Source of the DNA: Candidatus Micrarchaeia archaeon | GTDB taxonomy: Archaea > Micrarchaeota > Micrarchaeia > CABMEP01 | Length of the DNA stretch: 64,000 nt | Direction: 5' to 3' | NCBI GenBank assembly: GCA_038880755.1 | Contig: JAVZRC010000004.1 | Span: 6,390-70,389, forward strand | Shown: piece after piece, positions 18,877 to 28,215 of the stretch | Layout of the letters: each line of letters opens with the position of its first letter | How positions within the stretch are numbered: position 1 is the stretch's first letter | Notes under the pieces: generated by a model | What the model was told of the DNA's origin: nothing | Databases searched by the model: none | Seen by the model: only the letters and a program-made list of their open reading frames with translations | Position numbers and translations under genes: made by a program

Positions 18877-19494
18877 TTATACCTTCTTGCTTTTCTTTCC
18901 AGTGGTTTCTCCAAAGCTCTCTTTTGAGATTTGTTCCTTTACTTTTTCAAATAATAAATTAATCTCTTCTGGTTTTATTCCTTTTTTCAGATATTGTGAG
19001 AAGAGTTTGTTATACTTTTCAGTTCCTGCAATTTGCTTTGCGTAATCAGATATGTGCTTTCCACTTATTCTCTCCTCATCGAATTCTATATCTCCAACTG
19101 GAACATCTAATCCTGCATCAATTGCTCCTTTCACACATGCGAAAAGGAATGAACCTTTTGAAGGTGCGTGAAGACCGGAATCAAGAACAACTGATTTAGT
19201 TCCTGCAGCCAATGCCCTCTTTGCACACATAAAGCCAACCAAGTATGCTGAAGGAAGATTTGCTGATTGCTTCCATCCGTACTTTGCAAGTTCACTTCCA
19301 TCTGCTCTTGCAATTACTTCATCATGAGTTGGAGTAAAACCTATACATTGTGCGATTACATTTCTATTCGACTTCCTTACAACAAATCTTGGAAGTCCAG
19401 ACTTAAGTAATGCCAATCTCTTTCTGTAGTTTGTGAGGTTAAGCCTCCTTCTCTTGAACGCCAATTTGTATGTCGGTCCTGTTGCCTTTGCCAT
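18877..19494 (-). CDS. rpl18: 50S ribosomal protein uL18
   Basis: MAKATGPTYKLAFKRRRLNLTNYRKRLALLKSGLPRFVVRKSNRNV. Confidence 0.9.
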   Translation of the reverse strand: MAKATGPTYKLAFKRRRLNLTNYRKRLALLKSGLPRFVVRKSNRNVIAQCIGFTPTHDEVIARADGSELAKYGWKQSANLPSAYLVGFMCAKRALAAGTKSVVLDSGLHAPSKGSFLFACVKGAIDAGLDVPVGDIEFDEERISGKHISDYAKQIAGTEKYNKLFSQYLKKGIKPEEINLLFEKVKEQISKESFGETTGKKSKKV

Positions 19495-19562
19495 AATTAT
19501 CACTTCTATTTTCAATATAATCTAATATTCGTATACTCATGATAATACTAAATTTGCATCAG

Positions 19563-20036
19563 TTATTTCTTCTCCTTTGTCGGATTTGATTTCAGGTATC
19601 CTTTCTCTGTAAGATAAAGGAGAACTCTGGATCTATCTGGGAAAGCTCCACCTTTAATCTTCAGATAAGTTTCTCTATATGCTGCATTGCTCACGAACAA
19701 ACCTCTCTTCTTGAATGACTTGATCAGCTCTCTTTGTGCTCTTATTCTATTAACCCAAACTTTCTTTCCTCCTGCTCTTGCAGAGTGTGTTCCTCTTCTT
19801 CTTGCAGTTTTATGCGCTCTCCCTAGCCTTCTTTCTTCGTCATGAATTCTTCCAACTGCTCTAGAAACACCTTTCTTCTTTTCAATCAGTATTGCTTTCT
19901 GTTTTATAAGAGCACGAACATCGTCTTTTGTAACTGCTTTCTCTATCTCAGATAATCTTGATGGATCAAACTTTATTCTGCTTATTCCTGCTCCCGTTAT
20001 TTGGGATGCCATTCTTTTTATTGATGACATTGACAT
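19563..20036 (-). CDS. rpl19e: 50S ribosomal protein eL19
   Basis: Pattern KRMASQITGAGISRIKFDP...GVSRAVGRIHDEERRLGRAHKTARRRG, plus operon position. Confidence 0.9.
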   Translation of the reverse strand: MSMSSIKRMASQITGAGISRIKFDPSRLSEIEKAVTKDDVRALIKQKAILIEKKKGVSRAVGRIHDEERRLGRAHKTARRRGTHSARAGGKKVWVNRIRAQRELIKSFKKRGLFVSNAAYRETYLKIKGGAFPDRSRVLLYLTEKGYLKSNPTKEKK

Positions 20037-20057
20037 AAATTTCACCTACGAATATGA

Positions 20058-20414
20058 TTACTGCTTTTGGTGCTTTACACTTGTTGGATTAAGAACATGG
20101 ATGTTCATCTCTTTTGCTTTCTTAATGATTAATTCTCTATTTTTAGCACCAACTGCAGCTGCAATTCTTATTGCAACTCCCTTCTCAGTAATTCCATCCA
20201 TGTCTTTTAATGAACGTACAAGAATCTCTTTAAAACCTGAAGGATGAAAATCTCTATCATCTCTTGCACTTCTCCACCCAATATTAGGAGATGCACCCAT
20301 TATCTTCTTACCTATTCTTTTCTTGTTATCTATTCCTCTTGGTTTTCTCCACCTAAGCTTGACTCTTTTCTTTCTTCCATAGTTTGGTGGAAGAAATTTT
20401 GGATGTTTTCTCAT
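20058..20414 (-). CDS. rpl32e: 50S ribosomal protein eL32
   Basis: KFLPPNYGRKKRVKLRWRKPRGIDNKKR...GFKEILVRSLKDM. Confidence 0.9.
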   Translation of the reverse strand: MRKHPKFLPPNYGRKKRVKLRWRKPRGIDNKKRIGKKIMGASPNIGWRSARDDRDFHPSGFKEILVRSLKDMDGITEKGVAIRIAAAVGAKNRELIIKKAKEMNIHVLNPTSVKHQKQ

Positions 20415-20477
20415 AACATAACACCTTAATTATAATTTATACATTAACATCTAACTACAAACAACACAAGCGAATTG

Positions 20478-20972
20478 TTATAATGGATCATAAATTCCAT
20501 CTTGGAATACTCTTGGATCCTTTTCTTTTATGTATGTTGCATTTTTAAGATTTGCTGCTGTTTGTCCCACTGCGTATTTATCTGGACCCGTTAATATTAT
20601 GAATTCTTTTTCAACTTTCAATTTTGTATCTCCTACTATATTGGCTTTTCTTGGACTTTTTTCACCAAGGAAGTTCTTTATAAGAATCTCTGAGCCTTTT
20701 TGCTCAATAGTAAATGGAAAGTGTGCATAAACCATTTGAAGTTTTATTGTATAACCTTCTGTAACTCCTTTAAATGCTGATTTCATAAGTGCTTGAGTTG
20801 TATTTACAAGTGCCTTTGATTCACCAGAAATCTTTATCTTTCCGGAATCTTTTGAAATAGAAACATCTCTATATTTATATGATACTTTTCCCTTTGGACC
20901 AGATACAGTAAATGAATCATTTCCGATTTCGACATCCAATCCAGAGGGAATTTCTATAATTGTTTCAACCAT
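20478..20972 (-). CDS. rpl6: 50S ribosomal protein uL6
   Basis: IPSGLDVEIGNDSFTVSGPKGKVSYKY and YAHFPFTIE motifs. Confidence 0.9.
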   Translation of the reverse strand: MVETIIEIPSGLDVEIGNDSFTVSGPKGKVSYKYRDVSISKDSGKIKISGESKALVNTTQALMKSAFKGVTEGYTIKLQMVYAHFPFTIEQKGSEILIKNFLGEKSPRKANIVGDTKLKVEKEFIILTGPDKYAVGQTAANLKNATYIKEKDPRVFQDGIYDPL

Positions 20973-21019
20973 ATTAACACCTTAAGTCATAAATTGAAAT
21001 TAATTATAATTAATATAAT

Positions 21020-21400
21020 TTAGTAGACATAAGCTACCAGTCTTCCACCAGTTTTTAATGACCTTATTTCTTTATTTGTAACAACTCCTTTTGGTGTTGT
21101 TATTATAATTATTCCAAAATCTTTGCTTGGAAGGTATTGATCTTCAACCTTTCCTATTTCAGAGTATTTTACAGGAAATCTTGGCTTTATGACACCACAA
21201 TAATTTATCGGTCCTATTCCTTTAATTATAAAATATCTTGTTGGACCTTCTTTTACTTCTGTAAATTCTTCAATATACCCTTCTCTCTGGAGAATTTTAA
21301 GAACTTCCCCAGTGAAATTAGATGCAATTACCTTACATTCATTTTTTCCTGCATTTTTATGAACACGAATTACATTCAAAGCATTTGCAAGTATATCCAT
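21020..21400 (-). CDS. rps8: 30S ribosomal protein uS8
   Basis: MDILANALNVIRVHKNAGKNECKV...GGRLVAYVY. Confidence 0.9.
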   Translation of the reverse strand: MDILANALNVIRVHKNAGKNECKVIASNFTGEVLKILQREGYIEEFTEVKEGPTRYFIIKGIGPINYCGVIKPRFPVKYSEIGKVEDQYLPSKDFGIIIITTPKGVVTNKEIRSLKTGGRLVAYVY

Positions 21401-21448
21401 ATCATCACACTCTTTTATCAATTAATTATATGTTAACATGAGAGATTA

Positions 21449-21619
21449 TTAACCAAATTTCTTGAAACCGATAGACTCTCCAATCTCTCTAAAACATCTT
21501 CTACAAATGTTAAGATTATATTTTCTAATTATACCTCGTGCAGTGCCACAAATTTTACATTTTCTTATACCTTTTCCTTTGTATCTTACTTCTACCGGTC
21601 TTGTACTTTTTTTATTCAT
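21449..21619 (-). CDS. rps14: 30S ribosomal protein uS14 (zinc-binding type Z), 56 aa; not in the ORF track
   Basis: Hand translation: MNKKSTRPVEVRYKGKGIRKCKICGTARGIIRKYNLNICRRCFREIGESIGFKKFG, with CxxC...CxxC. The ATG overlaps the rpl5 stop (ATGAATAA). Confidence 0.9.
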   Translation of the reverse strand: MNKKSTRPVEVRYKGKGIRKCKICGTARGIIRKYNLNICRRCFREIGESIGFKKFG

Positions 21620-22118
21620 AGATATTCACCTTAAACTTTTCTTTCAAAAACTTCTCAGTCTCTTCAGGAGTAACATTATGAGTATGTTTGATCTTTGATT
21701 TAGCCCTTCTTCTGAGTTCTACTCTTTTTCCAGGCCTAGTCATGGTTCCACACACATCAAATCCTATTATACCGATTGTTGGATCGTATTTTGCACCTGG
21801 AAAATCTATGTACTCTTTCACTCCAAATGCAAAATTGCCGTATTTATCAATTGATTTTTTATTGAGTTTGAAGTCTACAGCATCAAATGCATTTCTAAGG
21901 AAATTTTCTGCTTCCTTTCCTCTTAGTGTTACTTTTACACCTATTGTTTCTCCTTTTCTTATTCCAAATGCCTGAACTCTTTTCCTTGCCTTTGTATAAG
22001 CTGCTTTTCTTCCAGTGATTCTTTCAATGATTGTTTTAGCCTTTTTTAGTTTTTCTCCTGATTCTCCAGCACCTATATTAACTGTCACTTTTTCGAGTTT
22101 TACTTCACGCATATCCAT
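21612..22118 (-). CDS. rpl5: 50S ribosomal protein uL5
   Basis: KVTVNIGAGESGEKLKKA...YGNFAFGVKEYIDFPG. Confidence 0.9.
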   Translation of the reverse strand: MDMREVKLEKVTVNIGAGESGEKLKKAKTIIERITGRKAAYTKARKRVQAFGIRKGETIGVKVTLRGKEAENFLRNAFDAVDFKLNKKSIDKYGNFAFGVKEYIDFPGAKYDPTIGIIGFDVCGTMTRPGKRVELRRRAKSKIKHTHNVTPEETEKFLKEKFKVNIYE

Positions 22119-22157
22119 ATTATCACTTCTTATTCATGAGAAAGACCATAATAATAT

Positions 22158-22844
22158 TTAAATGAAGTTCTCCTTTACTGGAAATGCATATTTAGTAAGT
22201 GTGATTGCTGAAGAACCGTCCAGAAGTTCTCCATGTATTTCACTGTTTCTTGTTGCAGATCCAGGTGAAATTTCTTTAATCTTAATCAAATTTCCAATTT
22301 TCTTTCCTCCAGTTATAAAACATAATGATGATTTCTTTAACTCGATCTTTCCTATTGGCTTACCCTCTGGAATTGAGATCTCAATCGTATCTCCTACCTT
22401 TGCATCAAAATCTAATATGTTTCTTCCGTCATGAAGAGTTAATTGGATTTTTCCTCCTTTTATTTTTGTCTTATTTCTAACCTGACAGAGTTTTACTGAT
22501 GGATTAGATGTTTTCTCAAATTTGATTTTCCCTTTTGTATCAACTAAAACTCTCCAATTGTTTTCTCCAATAGTTATAATATCCATTAATCCAACTAAAT
22601 GCTTTGGTTCTGTTCTTACAATACCATCAATTTTTACTTGCCTGGTATTAAGCACTGCTTTTGCTTCCTTTGCTGTTTTTGCAAATCCTAATGCTATAAT
22701 CGCATGTAACAATGGAAGAGATAATTCTTTCTTATGTCTTCCCGGTAATGGATTTATAGACCATGTAAATTCTTTTCTAGGCAAACCAAAAGATTTTGGC
22801 ATTGCAATTCTCTTCAAATGTTTTGTACCACTTTTTTTCGCCAT
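22158..22844 (-). CDS. rps4e: 30S ribosomal protein eS4
   Basis: MAKKSGTKHLKRIAMPKSF...LPLLHAIIALGFAKTAKEAKAVLNTRQVKIDG. ATG preceded by an AAGGTG SD. Confidence 0.9.
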   Translation of the reverse strand: MAKKSGTKHLKRIAMPKSFGLPRKEFTWSINPLPGRHKKELSLPLLHAIIALGFAKTAKEAKAVLNTRQVKIDGIVRTEPKHLVGLMDIITIGENNWRVLVDTKGKIKFEKTSNPSVKLCQVRNKTKIKGGKIQLTLHDGRNILDFDAKVGDTIEISIPEGKPIGKIELKKSSLCFITGGKKIGNLIKIKEISPGSATRNSEIHGELLDGSSAITLTKYAFPVKENFI

Positions 22845-22869
22845 AAAAATCACACCTTATTGATAAATA

Positions 22870-23046
22870 TTAATCAAATCTTCCCTTATTTTTAATAGAT
22901 GATTTTGAGTTGTTGGAAACCATTATATTTTCAACTCTAGCTTTAAGACCTAAATTCCTTATCAATCTTGATTCGATAAGGAAATTGCATGACTTAATTT
23001 GCTTGTTCTTATTATCTAGAATATTTGTTTTTAATTGAACCAGCAT
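22870..23046 (-). CDS. Unannotated 58-aa basic ORF between rpl24 and rps4e
   Basis: Hand translation: MLVQLKTNILDNKNKQIKSCNFLIESRLIRNLGLKARVENIMVSNNSKSSIKNKGRFD. SD-like AGTGATAGT lies directly upstream. It fills an otherwise unusual ~200-nt gap in a tightly packed operon. Confidence 0.35.
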   Translation of the reverse strand: MLVQLKTNILDNKNKQIKSCNFLIESRLIRNLGLKARVENIMVSNNSKSSIKNKGRFD

Positions 23047-23057
23047 ACTATCACTAT

Positions 23058-23384
23058 TTATTTTCTTTCAGTCATTTCAATTATCATCGCATTTGAAGGA
23101 TCGATAGGATAAAATGTTTCCTTTCCGTTTGCTTTTTTAATCGTAATGCCTTCAACAAATATCTTTGCATCGGAAAGAATTACCTTTGCTACTTTTCCTT
23201 CTTTACCTTTGAATTTACCTCTTAGTATTTTTACCTTATCTCCCTTCTTTACCTGAACTGCTCTTTTCTTCAGTTTTGTTCTCAGATCCTTGCTTAGATG
23301 AACGTGAACAAAGTTCTTTCTTAAATGAAGTGGAGCAGTATATCTGAATTTCCTTTGTGTTCTCGGTTTTCTTGAGCTTATCAT
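23058..23384 (-). CDS. rpl24: 50S ribosomal protein uL24
   Basis: KKGDKVKILRGKFKGKEGKVAKV KOW motif. Confidence 0.9.
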   Translation of the reverse strand: MISSRKPRTQRKFRYTAPLHLRKNFVHVHLSKDLRTKLKKRAVQVKKGDKVKILRGKFKGKEGKVAKVILSDAKIFVEGITIKKANGKETFYPIDPSNAMIIEMTERK

Positions 23385-23401
23385 ATCTACACCCTACAAA
23401 A

Positions 23402-23800
23402 TTATATTATTGACCATGCAATTCCAGCGACTTTTGGATATCGATCGACTATCTCTCTTGCTACAACACCCTTGATCTCTGTTCCTTTTGGCAATCCTGC
23501 ATCATCTATCAAAGCACATGCATTGTCTTCAAACATTATTCTTACACCATTCGCTCTCCTGAAAGGCTTTCTTTGCCTTATTATCAATGCCTTTTCCACT
23601 TTTTTGATCATCTGCGGGGAACCTTTCTTAACTGCTACTATGGCTACATCTCCTATTCCAACGCTTGGCTTTCTTCTTCTTTTTGTTGGAGCTTTCAACA
23701 TACCTATTATCTGAACTACTTTTGCTCCGCTATTATCATCGCAATTTATGATCGCTCCTATTGGCAAAGATTTCGGAATTTTTGATTGCAGTGCTTTCAT
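23402..23800 (-). CDS. rpl14: 50S ribosomal protein uL14
   Basis: INCDDNSGAKVVQIIG...VRIMFEDNACALID. Confidence 0.9.
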   Translation of the reverse strand: MKALQSKIPKSLPIGAIINCDDNSGAKVVQIIGMLKAPTKRRRKPSVGIGDVAIVAVKKGSPQMIKKVEKALIIRQRKPFRRANGVRIMFEDNACALIDDAGLPKGTEIKGVVAREIVDRYPKVAGIAWSII

Positions 23801-23835
23801 AATTTTCACCTTATAAATATTAAATTTTCATTAGA

Positions 23836-24150
23836 TTACAAATTTTTATCCTTACCCATTATCTCTATTATTGTCCATGTTTTTGTTCTGCTGAGTTTTC
23901 TACATTCTCCTATCTTAACCTTATCACCTACTTTTGCATTTATGCAAGGTGGATTGTGCGCAGCATATCTTGAACGAGTTCTTGCATATCTCTTGTACTT
24001 GGGTATGTAAACCATTCGCTGTCTCTCTACTATCGCGGTCTTCTTTGCCTTTGTACTAACGACTGTACCAATTAGTACTTGGCCTCTGACTTTTACATCA
24101 CCATGAATAAAACATTTTGCATCTCCACAATTTTCTTCTTTTCCTACCAT
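23836..24150 (-). CDS. rps17: 30S ribosomal protein uS17
   Basis: GTVVSTKAKKTAIVERQRMVYIPKYKRY...VGDKVKIGECRKLSRTKTW. Start chosen after a GGTTGA SD; the alternative ATG is at 24162. Confidence 0.9.
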   Translation of the reverse strand: MVGKEENCGDAKCFIHGDVKVRGQVLIGTVVSTKAKKTAIVERQRMVYIPKYKRYARTRSRYAAHNPPCINAKVGDKVKIGECRKLSRTKTWTIIEIMGKDKNL

Positions 24151-24195
24151 AAGATCAACCATTTATTAAATTATTAATATGAATCTTTAATCACA

Positions 24196-24513
24196 TCATT
24201 CGAATTTTATTTTTTTAAGTCTCTCTTCAGGAGGATACAATATTTTTGATCCCTCAATCGTAAAGGTCTCTCCTCCTTTTTTAAAGAGGAAGGTAGAACC
24301 TTTCTTAGGTATCAAAACCTCCTTTCCATCTTTTTTTTCAATTTTGAATGTGTGTTTTGTTTCATCAACAACCAACCCCTTTATTCCTATTTGCTCTGGG
24401 GAAGAGCTGTTGATTACTTCTACAGTCAAACCAATGTATTCGATTAAGTATTTCAGATTTTTTAATTTTGAATTTATTGAAATACTTTTAATTGATTTTT
24501 TTTTGTCTGACAT
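24196..24513 (-). CDS. rnp1: RNase P protein component 1 (Rpp29/Pop4)
   Basis: LIEYIGLTVEVINSSSPEQIGIKGLVVDETKHTFKIE...ILYPPEERLKK. Canonical position upstream of rps17. Confidence 0.8.
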   Translation of the reverse strand: MSDKKKSIKSISINSKLKNLKYLIEYIGLTVEVINSSSPEQIGIKGLVVDETKHTFKIEKKDGKEVLIPKKGSTFLFKKGGETFTIEGSKILYPPEERLKKIKFE

Positions 24514-24544
24514 TGAATCATCATTAAATGATTACTTTCGGATA

Positions 24545-24907
24545 TTACTTTCGGATTATTGAAATGTTTTCTTCAGGATATCCTACCTTCATTAGCAATT
24601 GTTTTATTTTCGCTCCGTGATCTCCTTGAAGTATTATTTCATCGTTCTTAACTGTTCCACCGCATGCCAGTGATTGTTTGAGTTGCTTTGCAACTCGCTC
24701 AATCGAATTCTTTTCCACACCAGATACGATGGTAACAAGTTTCCTGAATTTTGCTTTTGTTATTGTTACTTTTATCTTTTGCGCTGTTTCCTTCTCAATT
24801 GCAGCGCATGAACATATGTCCTTAGGAAGTCCACAACCGGAACATATGTCACCTATCAATTTGTGTACCCCACAAGTAGGGCATATATTTTCAGCCGTTT
24901 TCTTCAC
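24545..24907 (-). CDS. sui1: Translation initiation factor aSUI1 (eIF1)
   Basis: ICPTCG..CSGCGLPKDICSC N-terminus and LACGGTVKNDEIILQGDH core. Apparent GTG start. Confidence 0.85.
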   Translation of the reverse strand: MKKTAENICPTCGVHKLIGDICSGCGLPKDICSCAAIEKETAQKIKVTITKAKFRKLVTIVSGVEKNSIERVAKQLKQSLACGGTVKNDEIILQGDHGAKIKQLLMKVGYPEENISIIRK

Positions 24908-24956
24908 CTCATATAATAATTAATTTATCAGTAAATGAATATTAATTGCAAAATTA

Positions 24957-25199
24957 CTACTTCTTATTTTGAATTTTTTCTTTATTCGCTTCTTTACCGA
25001 GAATACCTAATTCTCTTGCTCTAATAAAAGTCTTCATTCTTGCAATTGTTCGTTTAATTGTTCTTATCTTACCGTAGTTTCTAGATTTTCCTGCTGCTGA
25101 AGACCTTGTTCCATATTCTATGCTTAATTCTTTTTCGAGATCAGCAATTTTAGATTTCATTTCATCATTACTCATATTTTTTATATCTTTTACTTTCAT
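24957..25199 (-). CDS. rpl29: 50S ribosomal protein uL29
   Basis: 80 aa. Pattern MSNDEMKSKIADLEKEL...IRTIKRTIARMKT. Confidence 0.85.
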   Translation of the reverse strand: MKVKDIKNMSNDEMKSKIADLEKELSIEYGTRSSAAGKSRNYGKIRTIKRTIARMKTFIRARELGILGKEANKEKIQNKK

Positions 25200-25233
25200 A
25201 TGATCACATCACATAACCGCCTAAATGCGGAGA

Positions 25234-25965
25234 TTATTTTCTTCTTTTTTGAGCGGAATGTTTCTTTTGTTGGAGCTGCTCCATCTTTATTTCTTTTTTC
25301 TGTTCTTTCTTTGACTCCAAATGTTGCTCTTTACTCTCATTTTCTTCAGAATATTTAATTATATTGGGCACTTCAACTTTTGAAACTTTATCCGGAAATA
25401 CTGCAGTAGGTGGAGCAATTGAAACTCTTACATTAATAGCACCATATTTGGGTCTCGCTGTTACTTGGGCCTTCTTTATTTGTTTAACAACTTCACCTGC
25501 TTTTGGCAAGTATCCCCAAGCAACTCGCATGCTTTTTGCCTTTGCTCCCTTTGCTGCAATTTTTCCACCTACAACAATCTCAGCACCGAGTGCACCTGCA
25601 TCGATTATTTTCTTTAAAGATGAATGTATCAATGCTCTTAATGGTTTACCTGCTTCTATATTTTTTGCAATTGAATATGCAACAAGTCTTGGTTCTAATT
25701 CAACTTTTTCAACTGGAACCACTGCAATCTGCGGATCGCTAACTCCGAATTCTCTTTGTATTGTATCTGCTAATGTCTTTATCGATTTCCCTTTTTTCCC
25801 GATCAATCTACCTGGATTTGCAACTTCAACAGTTATTCGTGTAACCATTGGAGTTCTTTGTATTGTAACGTTACTAAATCCAACTCTCTCTAACTTTTCT
25901 CTGAGGAAATTCGCTATTTGATATCTCGTAACTGCATCATCTATGAATTTTCTTTCAATTGCCAT
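25234..25965 (-). CDS. rps3: 30S ribosomal protein uS3 with a Lys/Glu-rich C-terminal tail
   Basis: KH domain GRLIGKKGKSIKTL and an archaeal uS3 core. The tail is ESKEQHLESKKEQKKEIKMEQLQQKKHSAQKRRK. Confidence 0.9.
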   Translation of the reverse strand: MAIERKFIDDAVTRYQIANFLREKLERVGFSNVTIQRTPMVTRITVEVANPGRLIGKKGKSIKTLADTIQREFGVSDPQIAVVPVEKVELEPRLVAYSIAKNIEAGKPLRALIHSSLKKIIDAGALGAEIVVGGKIAAKGAKAKSMRVAWGYLPKAGEVVKQIKKAQVTARPKYGAINVRVSIAPPTAVFPDKVSKVEVPNIIKYSEENESKEQHLESKKEQKKEIKMEQLQQKKHSAQKRRK

Positions 25966-25993
25966 TGAATCACTCCTTAATTAAGCATAAACA

Positions 25994-26698
25994 TTATCCC
26001 TTATCTTCAGACTTCTCAGTCTTTGCTTTTTTTGTTTCCTTCGATTTCTTATCTGGTTTTTCAACTGTTTTTTGTTGTTTTTGTTCTACATTTTGATTTT
26101 TTTGTTTTTCTTTTACTTCAGAAACAACCTCCTCTGTTTTTTCTTCTACTGTTTTCTCTATTTTCTTTTCCATCTCAGCAGCTTCAGCCTTTGCTTTTGC
26201 TCTTTGTTCTATCTTCTGCTTCTGTTGCTTGAGAAGCTCTTCATTTTCTTTTCCTGCAAGAATTATTTCTACTCTTGCAGTTTCATAGTTTGATCTCATC
26301 TGTCTTCCTTTAGATTGAAGACGAGGATATATAGCCTGTTTATTTGCTGAAGCATGAATTATCATTAATTGATCAAGACCTTTTGAAGTTGCATTTGCGA
26401 TTGCATTGTTTAAAACACCTAAAACTATTTTAGCTGCTTTAATTGGATATCTTCCTTTTCTTCCTCCCAGTTCTTTTCTGTGACCTAGCTTCTTATTCCA
26501 TCTTCTATAAAGTACTGGAAAACCTTCGAGAACTGCATTTAGATATTTAGTTCCATCTTCTGCAGACATTCCTCTTATATTGTCACAAACAGCACAAAGA
26601 TCTTTGTAGGATGCATCTATATTGTACTGTTGTGCCTTTGCAATCTGCTTTTCACTGTATTGTGATTTCTTATTGAAACCATATTCGTAATGAACCAT
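25994..26698 (-). CDS. rpl22: 50S ribosomal protein uL22 with a ~85-aa Lys/Glu-rich C-terminal extension
   Basis: The core ASYKDLCAVCDNIRGM...IHASANKQAIYPRLQSKGR is uL22. ATG at 26698 follows a GGTG SD. Confidence 0.9.
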   Translation of the reverse strand: MVHYEYGFNKKSQYSEKQIAKAQQYNIDASYKDLCAVCDNIRGMSAEDGTKYLNAVLEGFPVLYRRWNKKLGHRKELGGRKGRYPIKAAKIVLGVLNNAIANATSKGLDQLMIIHASANKQAIYPRLQSKGRQMRSNYETARVEIILAGKENEELLKQQKQKIEQRAKAKAEAAEMEKKIEKTVEEKTEEVVSEVKEKQKNQNVEQKQQKTVEKPDKKSKETKKAKTEKSEDKG

Positions 26699-26744
26699 AT
26701 AAACACCGTTTAAAACATTCAACTACATAGCTTAATTTTAATGA

Positions 26745-27128
26745 TTATTTCAAAGCTACTGCTTTTGAACCTCTTGTAGCACCGATACCTGGACCACTAT
26801 GAATAACTCTTCCAGTTGTATGGACAAAATCCCCTAATCTAAATCCAACCATCTCTGGTTGAATGTTCACTTGTTTAAATTCCTTACCGCTGTGAACCAT
26901 AAATTTCATACCAACCCATTTAGGAATTATAACCGCTTCTCTGAGATGTGTTTTAATTGGCTTAGAGGCGCCAATTTTATCTGCCTTTATTAGAAGTTTT
27001 TTGTACTCTATTGGCATCTTCTTAATATATCTTCTTGCTCTTGATTCAATTAAATTTGCAAATTCATCAAGAGACATTGCCTGAAGCTCTTCAAGAGTTT
27101 TTCCACGAAATATAAATTTTCTTGCCAT
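26745..27128 (-). CDS. rps19: 30S ribosomal protein uS19
   Basis: MVHSGKEFKQVNIQPEMVGFRLGDFVHTTGRVIHSGPG. Confidence 0.9.
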   Translation of the reverse strand: MARKFIFRGKTLEELQAMSLDEFANLIESRARRYIKKMPIEYKKLLIKADKIGASKPIKTHLREAVIIPKWVGMKFMVHSGKEFKQVNIQPEMVGFRLGDFVHTTGRVIHSGPGIGATRGSKAVALK

Positions 27129-27159
27129 TTAATCACTCCTTTATGAACATCTTGAAATG

Positions 27160-27897
27160 TTAAACTTTCTTTCTCTTCTTTCCTCTTCCTACAGAAGCGG
27201 CTGCCAAAAGACCAACCTTTCTTCCTGGTGGTGCATTCCTTGCAACAATTGTTGAACGACCTGAGTGGTGCTGCTTTCCACCGAATGGATGGTCATATGC
27301 AGACATTGCAACTCCTCTGACCTTCGGCCAGTATCTTGCTGTTGAAGCCACCATGTGGTATTTCTTTCCTGCCTTGAAAACAGGTCTTACTAGTCTTCCA
27401 CCCATTGAAATTAATCCAATCTGTGCTCTGCAATTAGCATTGAATATTTTAACCTTCTTTGACGGTAATGCAACATAAACCTCTTTATCAGTATGAGATA
27501 TTACTGTTCCTGATGTTCCAGCTGCCCTTATTAACTTTCCACCATCTCCTGGAACCAACTCTATATTGTAAACATACATACCATCTGGAATCTTTGCAAG
27601 TGGAAGAACGTTTCCTAATTTAATTCCTGCATTAGCCCCAAATTCTATCTCATCTCCTACCGCAATTCCTTCTGGGGCAAGAAGTGAAACTATCTGACCG
27701 TCTTCAGTTTTTACATTCATTATTAAACCACTGTGGGCAGGATTATGGATGAATTCGATAACTTTTCCTTTAACTACAGAGTTCTTTTCTTTTTCATCAT
27801 AAGATCTAAATGAAACTTTTGCATTAAATTTATGCGATGGAGCAGAGAATGCTGGACTTCCCTTTCCTCTTCTTTGTTGATTTAACATTTTACCCAT
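27160..27897 (-). CDS. rpl2: 50S ribosomal protein uL2
   Basis: GVAMSAYDHPFGGKQHHSGRSTIVARNAPPGRKVG. Confidence 0.95.
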   Translation of the reverse strand: MGKMLNQQRRGKGSPAFSAPSHKFNAKVSFRSYDEKEKNSVVKGKVIEFIHNPAHSGLIMNVKTEDGQIVSLLAPEGIAVGDEIEFGANAGIKLGNVLPLAKIPDGMYVYNIELVPGDGGKLIRAAGTSGTVISHTDKEVYVALPSKKVKIFNANCRAQIGLISMGGRLVRPVFKAGKKYHMVASTARYWPKVRGVAMSAYDHPFGGKQHHSGRSTIVARNAPPGRKVGLLAAASVGRGKKRKKV

Positions 27898-27933
27898 AAA
27901 CACACCTATTTAATCACTAAACCATCAATATCA

Positions 27934-28179
27934 TTACAATATCTTAAGTTTTGATGCAAGATCCATTGCTGAAGATTCCTTTTTCAGCTTAACGTATGCT
28001 ACCTTTTTATTTGAGAAATTATTTAGTATGTTTACTGAAGCGACCTTAACACCATATTCTTTTTCGATATATTCTTTTATTGATTTCTTCGTTTGTTTAG
28101 GATCGACATTAAATACTAAGGTATTGTTTTTTGAAATTTGATTTATTGCCTTTTCAGTTGTTACAGGATATATAATCAT
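27934..28179 (-). CDS. rpl23: 50S ribosomal protein uL23
   Basis: IIYPVTTEKAINQISKNNTLVFNVDPKQTKKSIKEYIEKEYGVKV. Confidence 0.9.
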   Translation of the reverse strand: MIIYPVTTEKAINQISKNNTLVFNVDPKQTKKSIKEYIEKEYGVKVASVNILNNFSNKKVAYVKLKKESSAMDLASKLKIL

Positions 28180-28215
28180 AATTTCACCCACCTATCATAC
28201 ATTTCAAAATATATA

